A DNA stretch of 64,000 nt from Halieaceae bacterium UBA6060 (GTDB lineage: Bacteria > Pseudomonadota > Gammaproteobacteria > Pseudomonadales > Halieaceae), in the NCBI GenBank assembly GCA_002428935.1, contig DIYG01000026.1, positions 20,946-84,945 of the forward strand, in the 5' to 3' direction. The notes beneath the pieces are model-generated. The model had not been told where the DNA came from, ran no database searches, and saw nothing but the letters and a program-made list of their open reading frames with translations. A program made the translations under genes and the position numbers. Every line of letters begins with the position of its first letter. Positions within the stretch are counted from its first letter, which is position 1. Below are positions 38,243 to 47,583 of the stretch, in pieces.

Positions 38243-38475
38243 GGCAATACCCCTCCCCGGGCAGGACGCTGAAGTTGGACATCAAGAAACGCGGGCAGCG
38301 TATGCCTGCTATGTTGCAGTTTTGTTACAGCCCGACCCCAGCCGTGATATTGGTAATATCACCAGAAAGATGAAACTTCATGGAAAAACGGTGGACAAAG
38401 TCTAGTTTGGCCAAGGGCACGTCCGCCTCTAAATTTTAGGCGGCTCACCGCGACGGAGGCGAGCGGCGGATCTTG

Positions 38476-38760
38476 CTAGGTGGCCAAAGCCCTGGCCCAG
38501 ATGGGCAGTACGGGGACCCTACGCTGCCCCTTGTCGTCTACCGCTCGCCAGCTCACTCGGTACTCGATGTTGCGACCGTGATGCCAGGCACGCCCTACCA
38601 GTTCGCTGGCTGGCAGGCGCATAACGCTGATTTCCCACGGACGTTGCTGACTGATCCAGGTGACATACCAATCGGCCTGATTCATTAGGCCGCGGCGAAA
38701 CTCCACTGCACTCGCAATTATGTCGTTATCCTGCGAATGCACCATCGGGACTTCCCGCAT
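38476..38760 (-). CDS. Possible small hypothetical protein
   Basis: 94-aa ORF in otherwise intergenic space; no motif recognised. Confidence 0.3.
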   Translation of the reverse strand: MREVPMVHSQDNDIIASAVEFRRGLMNQADWYVTWISQQRPWEISVMRLPASELVGRAWHHGRNIEYRVSWRAVDDKGQRRVPVLPIWARALAT

Positions 38761-38870
38761 GGCACTGGTCCTATTACCGCAATAAGGGGATCTGATTTTT
38801 GCGAAGTTCGTCGTCGAGAAAGATGATGTGCGTCAAGAAAACCATCGACAGGGGCCGCTTTCCTTGAGCG

Positions 38871-40358
38871 GTGTATAGTCCCCCTTTTAAACCTGTGGGA
38901 ATACAACCTTTGCGTATCCTCTGCCATCACAGCCTGCGCCTGGCTTGCATCGGTCTCCTGGCTATCGCACTACCGGGCGTCGCGAGCGACGACTACGACT
39001 ACTTCAGCGCCAACCGACAACTCATCCGCAATGGCGTGCAAGCGGTGCTCACCTGCAACGGCCTCTATACATCCCGGCGCAGTCTTGAGCAGGTATTCGA
39101 CCAGGAACTGGCCTATCTTGGCGATGATGTGCTGGGCTCCGCCGAGGGTGGCCCGTATACCCTTCATCCCCGGGAACAAGCGGTTACCGTCGGCGGTGGA
39201 GAGCATGGCCCAAGCATAAGCGCGGCCTTTCGCAGGGGCATTGGCTGTGTGGTATTAGCTCCCGACAGCCCTCTGGAGGCGATAGAGTCCTTGCCTAGCC
39301 TAAACCTCGCCTCGCCACCGGGAGACGCTCGCCAGATACCCTGGCCCCTGGGCGATGCCGGAACCCGACAGCCTGCCGACCCGGCCGTCGATATGGCGGC
39401 TTTGCGAGCGGCTTCCGACTGGGCCTTCGATCGGGATACACCAGAGCAGGACACCATCAGCCTGTTGGTGGTCCACAACGGCCAGATCATTCACGAGCGC
39501 TACGCCGATGGCTTTGACTTCACCACGCGTACGCGCACCTGGTCCACGGCGAAAAGCATCGCCGCCACCCTCATCGGTCTGCAAGTTGATGCGGGCAACT
39601 TGTCCCTCGACGCCCCCCTGGCCATAGACTGGCTCCCCGCGATGCCTGTAGGTGCTGACGACCCTCGTCATGCCATCACCCTGCGCCACGTCATGAATAT
39701 GTCCAGCGGCCTGTATCCCGTAGACAGCTTTGGCATGGAGTACGCCACGGGATCGGGCCTGGCCTATTGGGCCGGCGCCAGCTCTGTGGCAGGGATGCGT
39801 AACCGCGGTTTAGTGAGAACACCGGGCACCCATTGGGACTACGAAAACTACGACACACTGTTAGCGGTATACGCCTTAAAACAGACCCTGGGCAGTGATC
39901 AGGCGTACCTCGAGTACCCCCGAAAGCGCCTGCTGGATCGCCTTGGCATGCGCTCTACCCTGCTGTCCACGGATCGCTTTGGCGACTTTATTCTTAGCAG
40001 TCAGGTGTACACGAACGCTCGCGATCTGGCGCGATTTGGCTTGCTATACCTAAACAACGGTCAGTGGGAAGGCGAACAACTGGTCTCAACCGAATGGATC
40101 GACTTCGTAAGAACCCCTGCGCCAGCCTCAAGCGTTCGCGGTCATGATTACGGTGGCCAGTTTTGGCTGGTTCCCGATGACCGTAAAGACGATGTACCAG
40201 CCGATGCCTACAGTACCGCCGGCAATCGCGGTCAATACGTCATCATCGTGCCCTCTCACGATCTGGTCGTCGTTCGGCGCGGCCTTGATTACGGGGCCCA
40301 AGGATTTGATCGATGGGATCTGCTCGCAGAAATCCTCAAAGCGGTTCCCACTAGCTGA
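38871..40358 (+). CDS. Exported serine hydrolase (beta-lactamase class C-like family)
   Basis: SxxK (STAK), YxN (YEN), ARDLARFG and AGNRGQ; signal-like N-terminus. Start uncertain. Confidence 0.9.
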   Translation: MYSPPFKPVGIQPLRILCHHSLRLACIGLLAIALPGVASDDYDYFSANRQLIRNGVQAVLTCNGLYTSRRSLEQVFDQELAYLGDDVLGSAEGGPYTLHPREQAVTVGGGEHGPSISAAFRRGIGCVVLAPDSPLEAIESLPSLNLASPPGDARQIPWPLGDAGTRQPADPAVDMAALRAASDWAFDRDTPEQDTISLLVVHNGQIIHERYADGFDFTTRTRTWSTAKSIAATLIGLQVDAGNLSLDAPLAIDWLPAMPVGADDPRHAITLRHVMNMSSGLYPVDSFGMEYATGSGLAYWAGASSVAGMRNRGLVRTPGTHWDYENYDTLLAVYALKQTLGSDQAYLEYPRKRLLDRLGMRSTLLSTDRFGDFILSSQVYTNARDLARFGLLYLNNGQWEGEQLVSTEWIDFVRTPAPASSVRGHDYGGQFWLVPDDRKDDVPADAYSTAGNRGQYVIIVPSHDLVVVRRGLDYGAQGFDRWDLLAEILKAVPTS

Positions 40359-40391
40359 GCCGACACGGGCTACTGACTCCCTACCGCTTTC

Positions 40392-40411
40392 GGGATCCTA
40401 ACCAGGATCCC
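40392..40411 (+). terminator. Hairpin after the serine hydrolase gene (probable terminator)
   Basis: Perfect 8-bp stem GGGATCCT-aacc-AGGATCCC followed by a pyrimidine-rich tract. Confidence 0.55.
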
Positions 40412-40666
40412 AAACCTTCTTCCTCTTCACTATTGTTTTAAGTGCCCGCAGCCGAGCGGAGCACTAGTACACCGGAGCATCTCGCCTCCGGTGCGCCAAT
40501 CTCAGTGCTGCTTAAGCAAGTAAAGGCCTGGAAACCCCAGAGTCTTGTCCATGTTTTGTCTACATTATGAATTGGGATTTTATTCCCAATATTTGCAAAA
40601 CACTCCAATTGGGATTATTTTCCCATTCAACGTTCATCACGTATGACCTGATCTGGAGAAATAACC

Positions 40667-41875
40667 ATGGGAAGTGTGCGAGACATCGAGCAATGGCGTA
40701 GTCAGATTCTTGAAGATAGCGAGGCAATTCTTGCGACCTTGGCGCAGGACGGCGATCAGAAAGGCAGCCAACCGACAAATCTTGATTCGGCAACCGTGAC
40801 CGACGCTAAGGTCGGAGAAATACTGCGGTCCAGCCCCTGGGCATTTAGCACCCGGCGCGTCGACCGCTCCGTCGCCCAGACGATCCTCCCCAGTGCGACG
40901 CCGCAAGCCGGCGATCTGGTGCTGGCTCGCGTTGATGCCCTGGGCCATCACGCGAATCTCCAGCTCACGGATGGACGTCGGCGGCGGCTTTTTCCTGGTG
41001 ACACCATCGTCGTCGCTTACGGAAATCGCTACGCCTGCGAACAGTTTGAGGCACGAGTTCCCGACCACCTGGGACCTTGCCACCTGGTAGCAGGAGGCGG
41101 CATCGCATCGCACGCCATAAGCTGGCATACGCGCATCTCTCGAGGACCAACACGGATTACCCCTCTCGGGATCCTGGGAACAAAAGAAGGCCGCGCGCTC
41201 AACCTGCGGGACTTTGCCATCAAGGCGCCATCAAAGGATCAAAACCGTAGCTCTGCCAGTCCCTCGGTGATCGCGATTCTCGGTACCGCCATGGATGCCG
41301 GTAAGACCCAGACGGCGGCGTTTCTCCTACGCGGTCTGCGATCTGCTGGATACCGTGTGGGCTACGTGAAGATCACGGGCACAGGCGCCGGAGGCGATAC
41401 CTGGCTGCTGCAGGATGCCGGCGCGGATCGGGTTCTAGACTTCACCGACGCCGGAATGGCGTCCACCTATCTCGCGGACATGCCACAGATCGAGGCCGCC
41501 ATGGACACGCTCCTGGGAGATATGGCCATACAGGGTATGGATATCGTAGTCATGGAGGTGGCCGACGGCGTATATCAAAGGGAAACCGCCCAACTCATCG
41601 CGGGCAAGACCTTCGCCCGCGCCGTTGACGGTATGGTCCTCGCCGCGCGGGATGCCATGGGAGCCAGCGCCGGTGTGTCCGTCGCCGGCGCATCAGGCGT
41701 CCCCATCCTCGCCCTGAGTGGACTCCTCTGCGCCTCACCCCTCCAGCGCCGAGAAGCCGAAGCCGCAACGGGTATTGCATCGGCGGATCGCGAAGAACTG
41801 GCGACGGCATCCATCGCCCAGGGATTGTTCGATCAAATCAAAATCGGCCAGCTGAATCAGGAGGTCTGCGCATGA
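40667..41875 (+). CDS. DUF1611-type P-loop protein
   Basis: VVAYGNRYA..QFEA, GTAMDAGKT P-loop, KITGTGAGGD and MEVADG. Confidence 0.8.
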   Translation: MGSVRDIEQWRSQILEDSEAILATLAQDGDQKGSQPTNLDSATVTDAKVGEILRSSPWAFSTRRVDRSVAQTILPSATPQAGDLVLARVDALGHHANLQLTDGRRRRLFPGDTIVVAYGNRYACEQFEARVPDHLGPCHLVAGGGIASHAISWHTRISRGPTRITPLGILGTKEGRALNLRDFAIKAPSKDQNRSSASPSVIAILGTAMDAGKTQTAAFLLRGLRSAGYRVGYVKITGTGAGGDTWLLQDAGADRVLDFTDAGMASTYLADMPQIEAAMDTLLGDMAIQGMDIVVMEVADGVYQRETAQLIAGKTFARAVDGMVLAARDAMGASAGVSVAGASGVPILALSGLLCASPLQRREAEAATGIASADREELATASIAQGLFDQIKIGQLNQEVCA

Positions 41876-42765
41876 TCGCTCAGCCCGTGGAAAACGCCAT
41901 CTCCGAGCTTCCCCTCGCCGCCCTCCTCCAGGGTGGCGAAACAAAGGCCGCCCCGAAGCTGGACTACCTCAGCTACATACCGAGCAACGTAAACAGGCTG
42001 CTTGAGCCACTCGTGTTTGTCCATGGCTACAGCCGTCGAGCAGAAGATCAACTGAACGCTTTACAGGAGTTGAGCGAGCGCACATCGCGAGCCCTCATAG
42101 CCCCCTGCTTCACAAAGGAGCAACACCGCCGGTATCAGCGTCTGGGACGAGGTTCCGATGGTATGCGTGCCGATGCCTACTTCAACGCCTGTCTGGAGCA
42201 CGCCGCCGAGCAACACGAGCTCTCCGTGGATCGCATCATTCTCCTCGGGTATAGCGGTGGCGCCCAGTTCAGCCATCGATACGCCATGATTTACCCCCAA
42301 CGCGTCGCGCGCTTAATTGCCATCGCAGCGGGGTGGTACACCTTCCCCAATCCCGAGGTGAGCTTCCCCTACGGGTTGGCCACGGCAAGAAAACTTCGCG
42401 CCGTCAGCATCAGCCCAGAGCAGTTCCTCCGCATTCCCATGACCGTGCTGGTTGGCGCCAAAGACCTGGACACAGTGAACCTGCGCCGCAACGTCGAGCT
42501 CGACACACAACAGGGAAGCACCCGCGTCGAACGTGCTCGCCGCTGGGTCCTCGCCATGCGCATGGCCGCGCGTTTGTACCGCGTACCCGCCGACATCAGC
42601 TATCAGGAAGTGCCCGGCATCACCCACAGCTTCGATGAGTTTGTGGCACGAGGGCATCTCATCGAGCTGGCCTATGCAGCGATCGATGACACCCCCGTAC
42701 AAGGCTCGTCGACAGAGGAAACAGGCTCAAACTACGCCGAGGAGTCTCGTCATGGCGAGAGCTGA
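41872..42765 (+). CDS. Alpha/beta hydrolase (GYSGGAQF family)
   Basis: FVHG, GYSGGAQFSHRY, AAGWYT, FPYG and HSF; ATGA overlap with the upstream gene. Confidence 0.85.
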   Translation: MIAQPVENAISELPLAALLQGGETKAAPKLDYLSYIPSNVNRLLEPLVFVHGYSRRAEDQLNALQELSERTSRALIAPCFTKEQHRRYQRLGRGSDGMRADAYFNACLEHAAEQHELSVDRIILLGYSGGAQFSHRYAMIYPQRVARLIAIAAGWYTFPNPEVSFPYGLATARKLRAVSISPEQFLRIPMTVLVGAKDLDTVNLRRNVELDTQQGSTRVERARRWVLAMRMAARLYRVPADISYQEVPGITHSFDEFVARGHLIELAYAAIDDTPVQGSSTEETGSNYAEESRHGES

Positions 42766-43954
42766 AGCCTTGGCAGATCCTGTTCCCGCCCGCGAAAACG
42801 ATGAGCCCAAGGACCAGGAAGTCACCCTCACAGAACCGGCGACCACGGAGCCGACGGCGCAGCCCGGTGGTGGAGGCCGTCGTGGTTTCCTCCGCTTTGC
42901 GTCGGCGTTGCTGCTTTTGGCCTTGCTTATCCCTGTGAGCCACTGGATGCACTTTCAGGCCACGCATATCGTATCGCGCAACGCCTTGGTCCGCTCACAC
43001 CTCTCCCAACTTGGGGTCCGTGGCGAGGGCATTGTAGAAACGATTCACGTCCGCGCCGGAGATACGGTACGTAGAGGTGACCTCCTGGCCCAGTTGGACG
43101 ACCGGCATCTGCAGGCACGACGCGCGGCCTCGGAGGCGGCCCTGGCGACTTTGGAACAACGTATTGCCCTGGAGAGCGCAGAGCTCCGCTTTGCCCGCCG
43201 CGGTGCAGAGGTCGACCTGGCTCAGGCCACGGCAGAATATGCCCGCATGCGCGCCGAAGCCGAAGCGGCGCGGCTACGGGCCGAAGATGCGAGGGCTTTT
43301 CACGCCGCTCGCGATGCCCTGGCCGACGATGGGGCGATTTCCCGGGAAGTGATCCGCGACGCCGCAGCGAAAGCCGCCACGGCCAAGTCCATGGCCCAGG
43401 CCGCATCGGCATCAGCGGTGGGTACCGTTGCCTCGCTACAGGCCGCCGAACTGGCCATCGAAGCCCTCGCCCTTAGGGAAGCGGAGCTCAAGGTTTTACA
43501 GGCCCAGAAGCGCGAGGCGGAAGCAGAACTCGCCCAGGTACAGAGCGATATAGAAAGCATGCGTATCTTGGCGCCCGCCGACGGCGCCGTGGTACGACGC
43601 CTGGCGCAACCGGGTATGGCGGTGGAAACGGGAACACCCATTCTCAGCCTCTGGTTGGTAGACGACACCTGGATCGAAGCCTGGATTCCCGAGGAACGCC
43701 TCGGTGAGCTGGCCCAGGGTAGCGCGGTGCAGGTCTCCTTCCCGGCCCTTCCCGGTGAGCGCTTCGCCGGAACCGTCGCCCGTATCGGTCTGGCGACAGA
43801 TTTCGAGATGCCCCAGGACTACCTTCCACAAACCCGGGAAGCCCGTATGCGTCCAACCCCACTGGTGGGTGTGGAAGTCCGCATCAGCGGCGCACCGGAG
43901 TTGATTCGTCCCGGCTTATCAGCGGTGGTCGATATCCAGCGGGAGGGTTCGTAA
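42752..43954 (+). CDS. HlyD/EmrA family membrane-fusion (periplasmic adaptor) protein
   Basis: N-terminal TM anchor, lipoyl half-motifs VRAGDTVRRGDLLAQLD and ILAPADGAV, Ala-rich coiled coil, IRPGLSA. Confidence 0.92.
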   Translation: MARAEALADPVPARENDEPKDQEVTLTEPATTEPTAQPGGGGRRGFLRFASALLLLALLIPVSHWMHFQATHIVSRNALVRSHLSQLGVRGEGIVETIHVRAGDTVRRGDLLAQLDDRHLQARRAASEAALATLEQRIALESAELRFARRGAEVDLAQATAEYARMRAEAEAARLRAEDARAFHAARDALADDGAISREVIRDAAAKAATAKSMAQAASASAVGTVASLQAAELAIEALALREAELKVLQAQKREAEAELAQVQSDIESMRILAPADGAVVRRLAQPGMAVETGTPILSLWLVDDTWIEAWIPEERLGELAQGSAVQVSFPALPGERFAGTVARIGLATDFEMPQDYLPQTREARMRPTPLVGVEVRISGAPELIRPGLSAVVDIQREGS

Positions 43955-43957
43955 GTC

Positions 43958-45838
43958 ATGGCCACCGGTAACGCAGTAAATACCCCGTCGCGCAGACTCT
44001 TTATCGACCGGCAACGCATTCCAACGGTCTGGCTGCGCGTCCTTCTCGGGGTTGCGGTCCTGCCATTGATCGCTCTGAACCTGCGCATGCTAGCTCTCGG
44101 AGCGGCCGATCCTTCGGGCCTGCTCAGCATCGGAGAGTGGCTTAACCACTCCATGAATTTAAACTGGGTGGGCCCGGCAGACCGAAGCGTGGTGCTTTAC
44201 ATCCTTCTCCTGCCCTTCGCCGCGCTACTTATCGCTCTGACCCGCCTGACCCTTGGGATTCGAGTCCTGGGTTTTCGCGCCATACTCATCGCTATTGGTT
44301 TTCAGGAAATCGGTTTGCTACCGAGCCTGCTGCTGATACTGCTCATCGCGACGACGGTGGTTCTGGTCCGTCCCATGATGCGCCGCTCCGGCATGCCTCT
44401 GTATGCGCGGGTTGCGGTGATTCTATGTATCGTCGCGACCACCATGGTCCTGAGCCTCCTCGCCGGCAGCTGGCTGAACTCCGCCACCCTTTGGAGCATG
44501 GCGTTTTTTCCTGTGGTCATCCTCGCCATGCTCGCGGAAAGCGTTGCAGATACCGTCGCTCGCGAAAACACCGCCATGGCTGCCTGGCGCACAGCGACCA
44601 CCATTACCCTGGCCGGAGTCATCGCCGGACTCAGTCAAGTCACCGTGATTCGCGAACTGGTGTTGGCCTGCCCGGAACTGCTCGCCACGCAAACTGCGTT
44701 GATCGTTTTTGTATCCGAGTTTTTGGATCTCAGGCTGTTCGAAAGCTTTCGCCCTGGCGAAAACAAACGCCAGGATGCCGAGGCTGCCCGAGGGCATGTG
44801 GTACTGGTACGCAATCGCTTTGGCGCGGCTCCCATCGCACAAACATCATCTGGAGCCCCGCGCCGCTACCGTCGTGCCGCCCTTCAGCCGTTTATCGACG
44901 GCCTCCGCGCACAAGGTTTCAAGGTCGATGTTGTTGAGGGCGATAGCAGTTTGCCGTCAAAGCTCCGCAACCTCGCCGGTTCGCGATCCCCGTCTTCCTC
45001 CGCCCCACCTCTGGTCATCAACTGCGCCGGTGGTATGCACGGAGCCGGTCGCCTTGGCCAGGTCCCGGCCATCTGCGAAATGCTTGGACTGCCCTATTCA
45101 GGGCCTGCGCCTCAGGCACCGGCACTCTTGGATGATCGCAGCGCACAGCTCTCGGTTCTGGGCCGTGCGGGTTTGTCGGTGCCGAAGACGCTCTCTCGGG
45201 ACGAAGCTGAGACCCTCCTCGCCCGGGAAGACACGAGACTGTGGGTCCGTCCTCGCTTTCAAGGCGATCGCAGCGCGACTGCCGTCCGTAGCCAACGACA
45301 ACTTCGGCGGGCACTCGAACGTACGGAAGAACGTTTTGGTACCGCCATGATCGAAGCGATACCTAGGGGCCGAGGACTTAGCGCCGTGGTGCTTCAGCCC
45401 CAAGATGATGCAAGAGCTATGGTCCTACCGCTGCTGGAAAAGCTCCCGAGTACGGGCCGCTTTCAGCAAGCTCATGGTCTATCCGCGGAGCATGGGTCAG
45501 CCATACGACAGCAAGTGATTGCCTGTGCGCGCGCCCTCGGGTGTCGCGACCTGGCGCGGATTGATCTGATCTGCGACGAGCAGGGCCGTATCACTATCGC
45601 GCAGGTGCTAGCCATCGAACCTTTGTCCAAGAGCGGACCTGCCCACCGCGCTGCGGCCCTCGCCGGCCTTTCACCCGCAGATCTCGGTGAAAAGGTACTG
45701 CAGTCCGTCCTCACCCGAACAGGGACCGGCACTGATCACAAATACTCCGGCCCAAAGGTGTCGGCTACTCGTAATCCAACTCAAAACAAGAGGAGTTCAT
45801 CAGCGTGCGTTACTTTGCACTCATCCGCGACGGCATAG
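43958..45838 (+). CDS. 7TM_transglut-like membrane domain fused to a degenerate D-Ala-D-Ala-ligase-like ATP-grasp domain
   Basis: LLLPFAAL..LTRLTLGIRVLG, FFPVVIL...E, PELL and LDLRLFE (7TM). Then VINCAGG...GQVPAICEMLGLPYSG and RDLARIDL (Ddl-like). Confidence 0.8.
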   Translation: MATGNAVNTPSRRLFIDRQRIPTVWLRVLLGVAVLPLIALNLRMLALGAADPSGLLSIGEWLNHSMNLNWVGPADRSVVLYILLLPFAALLIALTRLTLGIRVLGFRAILIAIGFQEIGLLPSLLLILLIATTVVLVRPMMRRSGMPLYARVAVILCIVATTMVLSLLAGSWLNSATLWSMAFFPVVILAMLAESVADTVARENTAMAAWRTATTITLAGVIAGLSQVTVIRELVLACPELLATQTALIVFVSEFLDLRLFESFRPGENKRQDAEAARGHVVLVRNRFGAAPIAQTSSGAPRRYRRAALQPFIDGLRAQGFKVDVVEGDSSLPSKLRNLAGSRSPSSSAPPLVINCAGGMHGAGRLGQVPAICEMLGLPYSGPAPQAPALLDDRSAQLSVLGRAGLSVPKTLSRDEAETLLAREDTRLWVRPRFQGDRSATAVRSQRQLRRALERTEERFGTAMIEAIPRGRGLSAVVLQPQDDARAMVLPLLEKLPSTGRFQQAHGLSAEHGSAIRQQVIACARALGCRDLARIDLICDEQGRITIAQVLAIEPLSKSGPAHRAAALAGLSPADLGEKVLQSVLTRTGTGTDHKYSGPKVSATRNPTQNKRSSSACVTLHSSATA

Positions 45839-46371
45839 ATCCGGCGCCCTTTCTTGAAGAAATCGCCTCTATGAACCAGGCCTGGGACATTGCTACAGGG
45901 CGGCAGGACAAAATTCGTGTGCAACGCGAGGCCCTGGCCATTCCCCTTCGCGGTCTGCGTAAATCTGCCCTCCAGGGACGGAAGCGCCGCGACGTCTGTG
46001 AGAGCCGTTGGACCAGCGGCTCAAAGGACTTTCCCCTGGCCTGCGAGTTCATTCGCGACACCGCCAGCACCCTCGGTTGTGACCCGGGCCGAGCCAAGAT
46101 CGTCAGTCTTCCCCCGGGACGTCGGGTTTATCCGCACATCGATCGAGGCGACTACTACCGCCTCCACGGCCGTTTTCATCTGGTTCTCCGCTCCTCCCAC
46201 GGCTCCCTACTCCGGGCCGGTAAGGAAACTCAACGACTCCAGCCCGGTGAGCTATGGTGGTTTGACAACAAACAGGTACATGAAGCCTGGAATGACGGTA
46301 CGGAGAACCGCATTCATCTGATCTTCGATTTGTTACCCCACACGCACCGCCTGGCCGCCACAGGAACTTAG
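45805..46371 (+). CDS. Aspartyl/asparaginyl beta-hydroxylase family Fe(II)/2OG dioxygenase
   Basis: HID...RFHLVL...[12 protein letters not shown]...RIHLIFD; GTG start with AGGAG RBS, overlapping the upstream gene. Confidence 0.85.
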   Translation: MRYFALIRDGIDPAPFLEEIASMNQAWDIATGRQDKIRVQREALAIPLRGLRKSALQGRKRRDVCESRWTSGSKDFPLACEFIRDTASTLGCDPGRAKIVSLPPGRRVYPHIDRGDYYRLHGRFHLVLRSSHGSLLRAGKETQRLQPGELWWFDNKQVHEAWNDGTENRIHLIFDLLPHTHRLAATGT

Positions 46372-47261
46372 GTCAGGCGACAGTCCACACCAGCCTGGCG
46401 ACACGCCGCCACGACGGTGTTACGCAATAGGCAGGCGATGGTCATGGGGCCAACGCCGCCGGGAACCGGAGTGATAGCGGCGGCTTGTTGCGCCGCTTCC
46501 TCATAGGCCACGTCACCGACCAAACGCCCTTTGTCCTGCCCGGGAACCTCGACTCGATTGATTCCCACATCGATGACCACGGCACCGGCTTTAACCCAAT
46601 CGCCCCGAATCATCTCGGGGCGACCCACTGCCGCCACGAGAATGTCGGCGCTACGACAAAGCGCCGGAAGGTCTTTCGTACGGGAATGGGCAATGGTCAC
46701 CGTGCAGCTTTCCCGAAGGAGCAGTTGCGCCATGGGCTTGCCCACGATATTGCTGCGCCCGACCACAACAGCGTCCTTCCCCGCCAACCCCTCGGGGAAC
46801 ACTTCCTTGAGCATCATCAGACAGCCAAAGGGAGTACAGGGCACCAGGGCATTCGGATCGCCATTGGACAGCCCGCCTGTATTCATCGGGTGAAAGCCAT
46901 CCACGTCCTTGGCCGGGTTGATCGCTTCGATCACACGCTGAGCATCGACATGAGCTGGCAGGGGAAGCTGGACCAAAATCCCGCTGACGGCGGGATCCTC
47001 ATTGAGCCTAGCTACCAGCGCCAAAAGCTCTTCCTCGCTGGTACTGTCTGGCAGCTTATGCTCAAAGCTGCGCATACCAACCTCGAGGGTTTGCCGCCCT
47101 TTATTGCGGACGTAGACCTGACTGGCGGGGTCTTCACCCACAAGAACCACGGCGAGGCCAGGCGTTAAGTCATGGGTCTGGCCCACGCGCTCAACTTCTT
47201 CTTTAACTCGATCACGCAAGGCCTTGGCCATGGCTTTTCCATCAATCAAGGTCGTACTCAT
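46368..47261 (-). CDS. folD: Methylenetetrahydrofolate dehydrogenase/cyclohydrolase
   Basis: [35 protein letters not shown] and [11 protein letters not shown]. Confidence 0.98.
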   Translation of the reverse strand: MSTTLIDGKAMAKALRDRVKEEVERVGQTHDLTPGLAVVLVGEDPASQVYVRNKGRQTLEVGMRSFEHKLPDSTSEEELLALVARLNEDPAVSGILVQLPLPAHVDAQRVIEAINPAKDVDGFHPMNTGGLSNGDPNALVPCTPFGCLMMLKEVFPEGLAGKDAVVVGRSNIVGKPMAQLLLRESCTVTIAHSRTKDLPALCRSADILVAAVGRPEMIRGDWVKAGAVVIDVGINRVEVPGQDKGRLVGDVAYEEAAQQAAAITPVPGGVGPMTIACLLRNTVVAACRQAGVDCRLT

Positions 47262-47583
47262 TCGGTCCTCGTAACCCTATTTCTGTCCTAAAGAGGCGGC
47301 GGTAATACCTCTCATTTAAGTGTGCCTATTGTACCGCGCCATCGTCGCTGAGCGGGTAGGCCGGGAGGCGGTCAGCGCGAGCTTCCAGCTCTACAGATTG
47401 CAATCGCGGCTAGCGGGAACACCTGATTGGCGATCGGTCGCGCCCAAGTAGCTGTGAGGGGAATTTCAAAAAACCATCAGATTTTTGTCATGGGACTTTA
47501 ACCCAAGGAAGCGAGAGTTTTGCGCGCTGTTACCTGAATCGAAGCTGGCCGCCGCCTTTCTCGTCCACTTCCCGGAGCCCATC

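Noticed and set aside
43958-45838. Calling the fusion a D-Ala-D-Ala ligase or vancomycin-resistance gene
   Set aside because: Key catalytic residues are absent, it is fused to a 7TM domain, and no vanH/vanX or cell-wall genes are adjacent.
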